This document shows, one piece after another, positions 1 through 13,395 of a DNA stretch of 64,000 nt. The translations under genes were made by a program, and so were the position numbers. How positions within the stretch are numbered: the stretch's first letter is position 1; each line of letters starts with the position of its first letter. The notes under the pieces are model-generated. The model searched no databases and had not been told where the DNA came from. It saw only the letters and a program-made list of their open reading frames with translations. Source of the DNA: the human T2T-CHM13v2.0 reference genome, Homo sapiens; NCBI RefSeq assembly GCF_009914755.1, contig NC_060927.1, one strand, 5' to 3'.

Positions 1-1289
1 ACAAACATAAAGTATCTGGGAACTGATTTTTATTCCAGTCTGAAACAATTATTTTACAGACTACTGACTTTAAATATACTACAACAGGATTTTCCTTCAC
101 TATCACCTCAGAACAATATTTTAGGACAATATTCAAGGAAAACACTACTATAATGTATATAAAGATGCAGATATTTAGGATAATACTACAGAAGTTATTT
201 TAAAGATGCAACAATGTACTTGGAGACCAAAAAATGGATAAGCATTTTAGAGAGGAGATGAACTGGGAAAAACTAGCTGTACAGCAATTGAGGTAGGGAA
301 AGGTGAAAATATAGAGGCACCTAGTTCTTCAAAAAATGAATGGTGTGTGTGCACATGCATGCGTGTGTGTGTGTTCTAGGAGTGGGAAATCAAGGAAAAT
401 ATATAGGGTCTGCTATTGATTATATTTAAATTTCGAACATCACTCATCAATGGTATTTGAATTTGCACTAGCTTTGCTAAATAATATATATGTTTCTAAT
501 TATATTTGGATACATTCCCACAAGCAAAAGGAGCTAGCTTTCAATGGGCTGACTGGAGTGGAGCAGAATAGAAAGGGGAAATGTGATATTATATAGAAAA
601 GAAAAAGGAATTCAAAGTCATCAAGTGTCTACTAGCTTCCAGACTCCACCTGTTACACAGCCTCATTTAATAAGGCTGTGAAATGATATTTTATGGTTTG
701 GGAAACTGAGGCTTAGAAAAGTTAAAAAACCATGTCCTGGATCACTCAGGTAATAGGTACAGGTGCAGCTCAACCTTTTGAATCTAAAAACCTCACCTCT
801 TAACTGCAATTTTATACTCCACATTCAGCATGACTACATTAAAAATTATTTCTTGTTTTTGGCAATTGTCCTGGTACAACATCTTTTAAAACCCTGTAAT
901 TCCCACATATCTATAATTTTAATATGTGGTCATACTAGCTGTATTAATCTTCTCTAAGTTTCAGTTTTCCACAACGTAAAATGGAAGATAATTTCTGCAC
1001 CCTCCTGAATGGGGATTAAATGGAATGGGTATAACGTGATGGCAGTGCTTGGTATACTGCCAATCTATGAGAGTTCCTATTAAATAATAAACAAATTTTG
1101 AATATTTGTTTAAATATTACATATAAATTACATTTATGGCTGTAATATATCAATGTGTTCTATTAGTTGTGATTTTCTCATACTGAAATAAATCATAAAG
1201 ATAAGCATGTTTAAGCTAACATCAAAGCTAAATAATCCCTTTTTTAAATTCAGCATTTATTTTTCCTAGAGTTTTATTTTATTTACCTA

Positions 1290-1600
1290 TTTGTACATTC
1301 AATATGCATTTCTTAACTACCTGCTTTGTACCAGGCACAATGCCAGGTGCTAGGGACACAGCTATGAACAGCAAATACAAAGTATCACTTTGTGTGGAGT
1401 TTAGGGTCTAACAGGAGAAACAGACATTTTACAACTACTAACACAAACACATTTAATTACAATAGTGATTAATAACACAAAGAATAAATATGGGAGTATG
1501 AGACTGTATTGAGAGAGAAACAGTTAATCTATTCTGAGGAAGTGAAGCTAAGCTTCTCAGAAAGTGAGAGTGAAAGTTGAAACCCACAGGATAAATTGGA
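1290..1600 (-). mobile_element. L2 3'-end fragment
   Basis: 'cattcaatatgcatttc...taccaggcacaatgccaggtgctagggacacagctatgaaca' resembles the L2 3' end; boundaries approximate. Confidence 0.55.
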
Positions 1601-1813
1601 CAATATAACACTCATTCAAAGTTATTGGAAATCATCTTACATTAGTTCCGAAAAGCCCTCAATCCACTTTTGACAGGCACAGCAGGAATATATTTTTATT
1701 ACATACTATCAGTTCACTAGTGTAGTCGTTAACATAGGACTTCCTTTAAAGATAGATTCAACATGGTCAACAAAATCAGATTTTGTGGAAAGGTATCTAT
1801 TAAATTAACCATT

Positions 1814-2150
1814 TGTCTTAGTTTAAGCTCCTATATCAAATTGCCATAGACAGAGTAGGTTATAAACAACAAAAATTTATTCCTCATAGTTCTGGAGGAT
1901 GGAAGTCCAAAATCAGGGTGCCAGCATGGTCAGATTCTGATGAGGGTCCTCTTACGAGTTGCAAAGTGCCCACTTCTCACTGTATCTTCACATGGTAGAA
2001 AGAGTGTGAGGGAGCTCTCTGGGGTCCCTTTTCTAAGAGCGCTAATCCCATTCAGAGCGTGGAGCCCTCCCAAAGGCCCCACTTCCTAATATGATCACCT
2101 TAGAGATCAGAATTCCAACATACAAGTTTCAGAGGGACAGAAACATTCAG
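1814..2150 (-). mobile_element. MaLR solo LTR (MLT1A/MST-like)
   Basis: 'tgtcttagtt...aaacaacaaaaatttattcctcatagttctggaggatggaagtccaaaatcagggtgccagcatggtcagattctg...gggacagaaacattcag'. Confidence 0.75.
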
Positions 2151-2945
2151 AAATAAAAGGAAGAGAGGATGAAGAAATAAGAAGAGGACATTTTTCTTTA
2201 TGTGTTAATTTTGTGTGACTGACTCCCTACATAATGCTTAACTATTCTTTCTTGTTTTAATCACATTTCTCCAGAATTTTTCTATTCAAAGAAAATACTT
2301 TTGAGACAGTCTTTCCAGCAGCACACATATCTAGAAACTTCTCACTCGATACTCCTTCTGCACCAAATCTCATCTTTTCTTGGCTGACTCATGCCCCAAT
2401 TCTTGTCGTCTTCAGCCCAGACTCTGCTTACTCTCTGCCTGGAGAATGCATTCCTTTCCTCCTTACTCCCTATGGCTCCTCTATTCCTAAACTAGCTATC
2501 CATATGGTCTCTTATTCTCTTTCCTTCCATTTTCCTCTTCTAACCTCTTCTCCTCTCTCCCTTTCCTCTTTGTTAGCCTCTCTTCCTTCTTAAATCTTGA
2601 TTGCAGAAGCAAATGTAAAAGCCTGTCAAGCAATCCTAGGAATTGCTTATAATTCATTAAATATACATATTTATATACGATTTTGCAAAAATAAAGATAT
2701 CAGGTACTCTGACTTGATGAATTTCATGAGAAAGTTATGTCATACTTCACTTAATGAAAATTAAGCATTTGTAATATATAATGAAATAACACTGAATTAG
2801 AAGTCAAGAAAATTATGTTCTAGCCAATTTTGAAAAATCAGTATATAAACAGATAATCTCTCTGAAAATCAGTGTGATAATTTTTGAAAAGAGGGTACCA
2901 GATTATTTGATCTCCATCTTATATATTTTTATAAATTTAAATTTA

Positions 2946-3255
<310 letters not shown>

Positions 3256-3709
3256 TGAAAAATTAATTCAAGGCTAACATTTCTGAGTTTTAGCATACAG
3301 ACTAATTTGAATGATTTTACTATATTCTACTAGAATACAGACACAAAAGTTTATGACATTAAATGTGCCTTAGAAAATGATAGAGTAATGGCCTGAAAAA
3401 AATGACATCCACACTCAAAAATATTATAAAACCAAATTCAACCAGCACCGAATCCCACAATCTCAATTGATAGCCCAGCTCAAGGTTCACAAAATCTTCT
3501 TATTTTTTATATGAATGCCATGTGAGAGACAATAAGAGACAAACTGGTTCATGCAAGTAAGTCCTGTTTTCCCAACATAATCATAAATTATTGTCTAAAC
3601 GTTAAGAACCGTATCTTGTGCCTTTTCTTTATATTAGTTTCAAACAAACTGACCTGAACTAAATTAATAATGTACATAGAAAGCTAAGACATTCACATAA
3701 AATATTAAC

Positions 3710-3710
<1 letters not shown>

Positions 3711-3742
<32 letters not shown>

Positions 3743-4001
3743 TTTGAGAAAGGGTCTCACTTTCTTGCCCAGGCTGATATGCAGTGGCACCATCTCATCT
3801 CACTACATCCTGGACCTCCTGGGCTCAAGTTATCCTCTCACCTCAGCCCCCAAGTAGCTGGGATGACAGGAGTGCACCACGACGCCAGGCTAATTTTTGT
3901 ATTTTGTGTAGAGGCAGGGTTTTGTCATGTTTCCTAGCCTGGTCTTGAACTCCTGGACTGAAGCAATCTGCCCATCTCGGTCTCCCAAATTGCTGGGATT
4001 A
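3711..4001 (-). mobile_element. AluJ, slightly 5' truncated
   Basis: Poly-T tail, then 'gagaaagggtctcac...cctgggctcaagttatcctctcacctcagc' (J-type). Confidence 0.9.
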
Positions 4002-5117
4002 ATTTATCTTTTAAATACAACATTAACTCTGAAGCAGTAAAAATAAACAAATTGAAAAGTAATATATAAAGTTAAATAATGTTTTCATAGTCGTTGGAAA
4101 TGGAACTGGAAATTAAGAACAACAAAACTCTTTACTTCACTAAAATAAAGGCACATAAGCAATGATTATGATACTTTTTGGAAACCTACAAAAGTGGTAT
4201 TTTCATGAGGAAAACTTAAGTAAGAAATTATTTAACTGAAATGTTCAAATAATAGATTTTCCTCTTCTTTTCTTCCTTTCCCCCCACAGCTTACAATTTC
4301 TCTTTAGAGACCTTTCATAACATGTTTAACACCATAAGAAGTAAAATCATTAAATTCTTCACTGATCATCTTTCCGTATTGTTTATTAGAAGTTTTAACA
4401 CACATGGGCATTCATGCAAACATATGCCTCAATTTTTTTTAAATCAAAAAAAAATATGGCCAGCCTCTAGTGAGAGTAAGCTCATATTGGTGAATGTATG
4501 GCCTACATTGGAATAAAAATGCTTATGATTAAATATTGAAAATTTCCCCAAATGTAATATAAATCTCTGGTGATGACAACAAAAGGAAGAAACCAAAAAA
4601 ACATCAATATCCTTAAGGAATCATCAGCTTCTTTTTGTTTGCTCCAGTTATAAATTTTGCATTTGCACATTGCTGCCTAGACTTTCAAAGGGTTCTGCAA
4701 TGATTAATTTAACAATCTACCCATATTGCTCTAATATAACCAAAAACTTTTACATATATATAATTTATAATATCCGAATTAAGGATAAACTAGTGGCCAA
4801 AATAGAAGTTCCAACATCCAGGCATGTTATTAATGCAGAAATGGCCAAGTGTCACCAAAATATGGCTACTTAAACAAATACTTCTCAAGCTTGGGTGCTT
4901 TACCTCTAAAGATACATGGAAACGCACATAACAGTGCATATTTATGACAGTCAATTTGACCTGATTGTTTGACAGTAAAAAATGAATGTGTAAAAATTCT
5001 AATACTTACAAATATATATTGAATGCTTACTAAATAAATGGCAGGCCTTGTACTGAGTGCTTTGCATGAATTATTTCATGTAATTCCCTCAATAACCCTC
5101 AAAGGTGCACATAATAA

Positions 5118-5342
5118 TAGAGATTGGCACACTTTTTTGTACAGAGCTAGAAAAAAACATTTTAGATTTCGTGGCCATGTAAGGTCTCAGCGTTGCATGG
5201 CTCAACTCAGTTGTGGTAGGGAGAAAGAGGACATAGGCGATGTGTAAAGGAATGGGCATGGCTATATTTCAATAAAACATTATTTACAAAAACAGGCAGC
5301 ACTCACACTTGGCCCACAAGCAATATCCTTTGCAGACCCCTG
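5118..5342. mobile_element. MER58-like hAT-Charlie DNA transposon
   Basis: 'ttggcacac...gaatgggcatggctatatttcaataaaacattatttacaaaaacaggcagc...tttgcagacccctg'. Confidence 0.7.
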
Positions 5343-5929
5343 CAATTAAAATTCTCATTTTACCACTGTTAGTATGTAACATTCATATGCCCACACAGCT
5401 GGCCAATGAATTCAGGTCTCTTATTGCAGGATCAAAGCTGTTAACTACTACATATATCTGCTTCTTGCCAGCAATTTACACAGATATTCTATGGTAAAAT
5501 AAAAACAAATATATTCTGGAGTAAAAGGCAAACTGATGTGTTTATAAAAAACAAAACAAAATACTAGAAGAAACCTTGCGTTTACAATGCTAGTGATGCA
5601 CACTCTAGGAAATAAAAGTCTATGCTCCCCAAAACATCAAGATATCTGATGAAATTTAGAGAATTCAGTCTATGCTTTAAAAATGAGCCTTCTTTCAACT
5701 GTTATATACTTTTTAAAGTTCCATGGAATCTTTTAGGGTTTTTCTTCATATATAATGACACGGAGGAATTGCTAAAACCATGCACCAGGTGCTATACATT
5801 GTCATCAAAGTCCATGCCCATTTGCAAATGTACAGTGTATGGCCAGACTGAGAATAATGATTTATGTTCAGGTCAAAATCCTGCCCAGGCAGGAAGACCC
5901 TGCGCTATTTAACACAGTCTGATTTCACT

Positions 5930-6470
5930 TGGAATAAAATCCAGTCCACAGTCCTGGTTACAGGTCCAGTATAATCTGATCCAGTCTAATATTTCAACTA
6001 CTGCCCACTAAGCACCAGCTATAGTGCCCTTTTTTCTGTTCTTGAAGCACAGACAAGCTCATTTCAGACATAGGTATTTCTTACCAGCTATACTCTCTGC
6101 CTAGAATTCTCTTCCCTTGAGTCAGACCCTAGCCAAATGTCAATTAGATTTCACGCAAATATGATCTCTTAGAGGACTTCTCTGGACACCCAGTTACTCT
6201 GCCAACCATATCACTTTTGGTTATGTTTTGCTTAGCATTTATGTGACACTATGATCATTTCGTGGTTTATTATTATTTACTTTAAGTTATGTGCTATTAT
6301 GTAGCATTTTTAAATTGATTATCAATCTTCCTCAATATAATAAATCTATGCTGTAGATGTACAGATGTCACGTTTATTTAGTTGTTGCTGTATTCCCAGA
6401 GCCTAGCAGCTGGCCTGGTGCTTAGAAACCATACGGTAAATATTTGTAAACTGAAGAAATGAATGACACA
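5930..6470 (+). mobile_element. L2 3' fragment
   Basis: 'ctctgcctagaattctcttccc...gctgtattcccagagcctagca...aaatatttgtaaactgaagaaatgaatga'. Confidence 0.6.
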
Positions 6471-6708
6471 TATTGTTCTGCAGGCTACACCATATTGCCA
6501 TTTATGGTTTTATTCACTTCATTTTGGTCAATCATGCACAGAAAAGAAAAAGTTGTTTAGACCTCACAAAATGATTTAAAATTCACAGTGCCTTGTTATT
6601 TTATTCAAAAAAGTTTCTTTTTAGAACTGATAGTCATTGCTGTCTAAAAATGGGGGAAAAACTATTGTTTACCTCTTCATAAAGTTTATTTAAAAAATAA
6701 ATATGGCA

Positions 6709-7020
6709 GGCCAGGAGTGGTGGCTCACACCTGTAATCCCAGCACTTTGGGAGGCCAAGGTGGGTGGATCATGAGGTCAGGAGATCAGGACCATCCTGGC
6801 CCACATGGTGAAACCCCATCTCTACTAAAACTACAAAAATTAGCTGGGCTTGGTGGCGCACACCTGTAATCCCAGCTACTTGGGAGGCTGAGGCAGGAGA
6901 ATCACTTGAACTCGGGAGTCAGAGGTTACAGTGAGCCAAGATTGAGCCACTGCACTCCAGCCTGGCGACAGAGCAAGATTCCATCTCAAAAACAAATAAA
7001 AACAAAAACAAAAAATAAAT
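6709..7020 (+). mobile_element. AluS (Sc-like)
   Basis: Full Alu, 'ggatcatgaggtcaggagatcaggaccatcctggc'; TSD aaataaatatggca on both sides. Confidence 0.93.
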
Positions 7021-8244
7021 AAATAAATATGGCAATTAATTCTGCTAACTATTCGTCTTGTCATATTATTTTAATTATTTGAAATTTGTGTATTTTATCT
7101 TTAATTTCTTTTGCATAATATTACCTTATTTATGTAATTTTGTCAAAATGTTTCCCAGTTTAAAAATCGTTTTATTTGACCTTAGTCAAGTCTAAAATGT
7201 CATCCATTATGCAATTGGTAACAATTTAATTCTTTTTTCTTAACTCTTTTCTAATTGAATTTCCCAACACTTAAGTTTTATTTTAATTCAACTTTTATGT
7301 TAGAATTTTTATCATTTATTACTTTTTTGTATTTGTTATTATTTTCTAAATTTTATCGTAGGACAGCATAAAAAGTATAGATAAATGAAGATCACAGATA
7401 AGAAGAGCCAGATTTACACAAGAAATGTTATGCTCCTGTTCATCTAAGATTAACTGTGTATTAACCCCACAAGTCCTTAGGACTAAATCCACTTTTACCA
7501 AAATTCATGTTGTTGAAAGTCACTAAACTGGATACTCACTGAAACTGATGTTCTCTTTGTCAGCATGTCACTATTCATATAACTATCAAGGGTTTTCTGG
7601 GTCAGTGTTCAACTTTCCTATGCTAAACCACTGATTTCCAATAAGAAGGAATTTGTAACCTCAACCCTACCACCTCCTCCCCTGTCATCTCTGCTTATGA
7701 GCTATGCCATATGTCAGTACTTTGCACAAGGAAAGAAAGGGGAGGCACCATCTAGTTAAATCCACGGTGCTTCTTCCATTGAAAACCCTTCTTGAGAAGT
7801 ATTTTATTTAAGAAATATAAATTCTGAATGTTATTACTTGATTAAATCAGGCATTTAGGAAAGCCGCTTATTTGTGCAACACTATCTTTCTCCTTTTCAG
7901 AAAAGCCCTCCTAAATTACATTTTCAAAACCTCTTTCAACCTTCACTAAAGGTCACGGAATACGTTTGTGATATTTGCTATTTCACTGACATGTAGAACT
8001 GTCATTGTGAACACTTCCCACAACATTATTCAATGACCCCCAAACAATACATACATGAGATAATAACTGTCAGTTATGATATATCTGTTAACTCCTTAAG
8101 ATGATTTCCTCTCCCCTTTGGCTGCTGGCAGTCTGCATGCTGGGATAAAAAAGAGAAAACTATCCTTTATTGGGAATCCATAATGTGTCCAGTGCTTTAT
8201 CCATATAATCATATTTAATTTTCTCACTACACTTTTGGTAGGGT

Positions 8245-8729
8245 AGAGGGTAGTCAAAATCTTTACTTTTACCTGTTTAGGGTATCCAGCTGAGTCTGAG
8301 AGTTAGATTGACATAAGACGGATTAACAGGAGAAAAGCATACAAATTTATGTAATATAAGAGCCTTCATAAGGAAACGTTGACTCAAAGAAGTAGCAAAA
8401 CCTGAATGCTTATAGGCTGGGTTGAACGAAGAATCACAAATATGGAAAAGTAACTAAAACGAATGGAGACACTAAAGGAAGAGTAGAGTTATTTTTAACA
8501 AGGTCTGTTTGTACAGAATCCTCTAGTCCCACCTCTGGTGATAAGAACATTTCTTTCCTCCTGGCATAAGGAGGGCAGCTCTTAGGAGTTACATCTGCTT
8601 TCAGGAAGAAAAAAGGGGAATGAAAGTGTCCTTCTTGTGCCTGTTTTTCAAGTGCCTTTTACTGAAAACTCAAAACCAGTAATATGCCTACGTGGCCAAT
8701 TTTGGGATGACATATCCTCAACCCCTTCA
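8245..8729 (-). mobile_element. ERV1 solo LTR (MER31/MER67-like)
   Basis: 'attgacataagacggattaacaggagaaaagcatacaaattt' and terminal 'tttgggatgacatatcctcaaccccttca' match the recalled consensus. Confidence 0.6.
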
Positions 8730-10899
8730 AGGAGTTACTATCCTCTAATTACTAATGAGGAAACTGAAACAGATATTAAGTGATTTTCCAAAATCACCTG
8801 GGCAAACAAATGAAGGACTGGAACATTGGTCTACATCTGTCTGTCTCTTCACCCTCAAAAACACAGCTCAAAGCCAAAAAAAACTTTAAAGTCAGATTTT
8901 ACTCTCAGACACGGAAAATATACCAATGATTACAGGTAATATATTTCTATACTTCTAAAATCTTATTTTCTAATGTTTGCTCCCTAGGATTTTGGGGGTT
9001 TTTTTTTGGTTTTTGTTTGTTTTTGCTTTTTTGCTTTCTTTTGTTATTTTGCTTGTTATTGATATATTAGTGAAGTTAATAAAGCTTTGGATGTTGTCAC
9101 AAGCAGCTCATGGACTTTATGGCAATTGCCTTTTCTAGAGCCCACTTATTCACAAATTTTCTCTTTTGATTTATACCTTTACAAAGTGTTTCACTGTTAA
9201 TATTGTTGGTTGCTAATGGTCAAACCTACTTTGGAAAGAATTGCAGTATTAGAACATTTTAGTGCAGACGTTAGAGATTGTAAACATATAAATTGCTCAC
9301 AATAGAGTCTCGTAGAGCTCAAATTTGGCACTCAGACTTGTTACTAACATAAAAACGTGATTGAAATTTATTCACAGCCAGTTACAAGAGGGATAAATGA
9401 GGAAAAAAGAGTAAAAAGGTATTTAAAATCAATAAAGATACAAATGTGAGGAAATAATGCAATAGGCACAGAAACATGTGAAAGTGTCAAGAAAATAATG
9501 GATTACACAAAAATTAGTATTGCTCTGAAGTATAAAGTCTTCTCCAAATTATCTTACTTTTCCAACTATTATGATGCTACATGATGCTACATGTCTGGCC
9601 CACTGGTTCAAATTTTGAGTTTTACCCTAGAGCAATAGCAGTACTAAGTCAGCAACTCTCCCTATCATCATCCAAGGATACAACCCCTTGACCTTTGATA
9701 CAGCATGTTAATCAGTGAAGTATTTTAAAAATCCTTTTACAGACACTTGCTAGTCTTTGGCAATAGTTTTAAAATAAACTGAAAAGTATCTCTTTTAAAG
9801 TTGAAAGAGTACTAAGTAGTTGAAGATAAATATGTTCTTGTGAATAAAATTTTGTCCATGTTCATAAACAAAAGGTCTACATTTGTTTCTCATAATCCAT
9901 AAACACTTCATAAGAAAAGACCTATTTGAAGGTTGATTATCTTATTAAAACAGGAAAAAGAACACCATTTTTGAGAAATTGGGGGTGGCATATATATTTC
10001 TAATGTGGCTTTTGAGAGACAAGGTTTGAATATGGCCCAGGAACTTCAGAGGTACTGTCATCACAATGGCTGGCAGAAGCAAAAATACCATAGCTCTCTG
10101 AAGCGCCAAGGCTTGCGGAGAACACCTGTGACTGCAGGTGGCTCTACTTGAAAAGAACTGCACCCCTTTCCTCTTCAATGGGGGGCACCGTGTTCCACAG
10201 TGGGTCAGAGGTGACCAGGGTGCTTTCAAGTTTAGTTTTATAATTTTGAAGAACTGGATTGTGAGCACTGACAAGTTCCCAATTTAGCCCGTTAAAAACA
10301 TAAAAGTGGTCGGCTTTCCCTCCTTTAACATAAACCTTCATTCACTAACTACAGCAAGGGATTTCATCTAGTGACCTTCTTTTGAAATCCAATTTAAATT
10401 AAATGATTGATTTTAAGATTTTGCCAGACATATACTGGGGCTTTAAAAAAAAAAAGTAATCTTTATAGTACTCTCAATGGAGATTAAGTCAGGTTAGAAA
10501 AAAAAAATTGTCACTAAAGAGTGATTTTTTTTCCCCTGCTACCTTGTATACAAATTATTTATAGGAGTCTAGAAGACAGAACAGCACCAAATCTTAATAC
10601 ACTGAAAATATTTTGACACAATTGCACTTTTCAAGTATAAAATAGCAAACAAGGATGTGGCGGATGCATTCCTGTACTGGGCAATGGCTAAGAAATTTCT
10701 GACTAAAATATAATATGAAAAGTCAGAACTCATCTGGTATAGTACATTCAGTTCAGTATTCTACATTTAAGAGGGATATAGACAAATTCAGGTTTGTTAA
10801 TAAATAAGAATTCAAAACCAAGTAATGCAATAGGAAAAACAATTGGGGGAAAATGGAAATACAAGCTCTGGAAATAGAAGCAGCCCAGGGTATAATATT

Positions 10900-11157
10900 C
10901 AAAGGCACACGATGTAGAAAAGTGATTGGATCGGCTTTGTGAGCTTCCATGGGTTACAAATTGGTAGACAGATTCTAAACTCAATATAAAAAAGAATTTT
11001 CTAATGGAGAGACCCGTCCAAATACGAAATGAGCTATCTTACAAGATCAGTTTCATCTTCTGAAGACCTTCAAGGGAAAGGTGAATTAGGGATGCTAAAG
11101 AAAAGACTAAAGATTAAACTATAATATTGAGGTCCTTTCCAAGTCTAGAGTCTGAAT
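10900..11157 (+). mobile_element. Ancient CR1/L3 (or MIR3) 3' fragment
   Basis: 'aatataaaaaagaattttctaatg...tgaggtcctttccaagtctagagtctga' resembles the CR1 3' terminus. Confidence 0.4.
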
Positions 11158-11656
11158 TTTTTAGGATGAGAATTGTCTATAATTGGACAGCTCTCAAGCT
11201 GATAAAGAGGGCATGTCAAAGTAAAATACAAGCATATAATGAATAGCATTAGTTAGTAGAAGAAATAAATATAACTAAGACATAGTTTGCAAATGCTTTT
11301 TTGATGAAGAGTCAGGGAATATCCAAACACAAGCAACGTGACAAGTTTTTGAATTATGAAAAACAGGATATACTGAAGAAACACAAGAAAAACCTCAAGA
11401 GAAATCATATTGGAAAAAAGCATTTTTGACATCATGCCTAGTAAAAGCAAACATTATTACTAATCTTACTAATATGCATTAATCAGTACTAACTTAGCAG
11501 TGGTGGGAAGAAACAAACACTAGTTTAAGAGCGCAAACTTTCAAATTATAGGAATATTAGAACTTTTTAGGCAGGAATGGTTCATAAGACATTTACTTTA
11601 TCAAGATTACGTATCTACTAAAATCATGCCACTTTTACAGTGTTAAATCCACGCTC

Positions 11657-11687
<31 letters not shown>

Positions 11688-11689
11688 CT

Positions 11690-13395
11690 TAAAGAAGCTC
11701 TCTGGTTCCTCATGTTGCCTCTTCCTGCTGGCTTTATTCTGCGTTTGACTTTAATGTTTCGTCAAATCCATTCCAGATTTCCATTTGATTTCGGTGGACT
11801 TTGAAGATGGATCACCACGCTCATTAGGATGAAATTCTTTGGGAATAATTTTATTTTCAAAGTAAGGATTTTCATCAAAATAAAAATCTATCCTGTAACC
11901 TGATTTAATATCTTCAAATTCTGTCACTTCAACTCTGGTCAAATAATGCAGTGCATCTTCGTCCTTCTCCCCAAGCAGTGCGAACACTGGTGGATGGTTG
12001 AGAAATGTTGTTACCCCCAAATTTGGGATGTTGGCGATCAGTTCTGACCTCTTCTGAAAAAGTGGTTGGCGGAGTTTGTTACATTTCTATTCGACTTTCA
12101 AAATCTCCTCACATTAAGTCTATTTCATTTTGTACTTCATCACTGTGTTCAATTGCTTCTTACTGTTCTTCTTGTCCCTTTTTAGGCAAGCCTGCAGGAG
12201 CAGATGTCTCCTTGGGTCCCACAGCAGGAGGTGGTCCAGAGAGCTTCTTTACCTGATTTGCTGACTATTCTGATGCAGGTGTGGATGAGTTAGGAGAGTT
12301 CATCAAAGACAATATTTGGCCAAAACCATTACAGTACTACTTGGTTCCTGATATGGATGATGAAGAAGGAAAAGGAGAAAAAGATGATGATGATGATGAC
12401 GATGATGACGCAAAGGAGGAAGGATTAGAAGATACTGATGAAGTAGGGGATAAGGATGAAGGTGAAGAAGATGAAGATGATGAAGGGGAGGAAAGAGAGG
12501 AGGATGAAGGAGAAGATGACTAATAGAACACTGATGGATTCCGACCTTCCTTTTTTAAAATGTTCTCCAGTCCTTGGGAGCAAGCTGCAGTCTTTTTTTT
12601 TTTTTTTAATCTTGTCCTCAGTCACCCTGTTCTTGAGGTCTCTTTTCTCTACACCATGATTCTCAACTTATTTTGGAGAAAATACCTTGAGCAGAATAGA
12701 ACAGGAAAAGAGTCTCTACCCCTTTCTGTTCAAAATTCATTTTTATCCCTTCCTGTCTGAACTATATGGAATCAACACCCCCAAGCTCTGTGGGAAAAAA
12801 GAAAAAACCTGCTCCCTTCACGCTACTGGAATCTGGAGGGTGCTAAGTCCCTGTGTAGTAGTGCATACAATTCTAGTTTTTTCCTCCTTTCTCTGTATAT
12901 TGGGATCAGAGAGCACACTGTGTCTCTATGTGAATATGGACAGTTAGCATATACCAACATGTATCTGTCTATTTTCTCTTGTTTAAAAAAAGAAAAAAAA
13001 AACTTAAACAATGGGGTTATAGAAGGTCAGCAAGGGGTGAGTTTGAGACGTTTCAGTGGGTTAAGTGGGCATTTTGACAATATGATTTCTCCTTTGGCAT
13101 GTTTAATTGTGATATCTGACAGACATCCTTGCAGTTTAAGATGACACTTTCAAAATAAATCCTCCCCTAATGATGGCTTGGGCCCTGCCACTCAGTGGGA
13201 GAATCAGCAGAACCTGTAGGGTCTTACTTGGTATTAACATTCTCTATTGTAATTATGTTCTTGTTTATTTTTAAATTTTCTCTTTGTTTCACTGGAAAGG
13301 AAAGATGATGCTCAGTTTTAAACATTGAAAGTGTACAAGCTTTGTTACAATAAAACTAAACGTGTTCACACACACACACCAAAAAAAAAAAAAAA
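11690..13395 (+). pseudogene. SETP6: SET (TAF-I/I2PP2A) processed pseudogene with 5' inversion
   Basis: Intronless SET sequence. 12236-13395 (+) encodes ...PESFFT*...[18 protein letters not shown]...EDEGEDD*, then 3'UTR, AATAAA at 13349-13354 and A15 at 13381-13395. 11690-12235 (-) encodes [20 protein letters not shown]...[32 protein letters not shown]... with stops and indels. Symbol SETP6 is from memory and less certain than the SET identity. Confidence 0.93.

Noticed and set aside
9945-10274. 109-aa minus-strand ORF as a hidden GBE1 exon or new gene
   Set aside because: No similarity to GBE1 or any family I recognise; non-ATG start; no convincing splice pair.
11650-11690. U27 tract plus AAAG as a cryptic acceptor in GBE1 pre-mRNA
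   Set aside because: Unfavourable AAG acceptor, no strong donor downstream, and the tract is explained by the retrocopy target site.
11751-12020. 89-aa SET/NAP-domain ORF as a functional gene
   Set aside because: No ATG start, premature stop, upstream stops and indels; part of the inverted pseudogene block.
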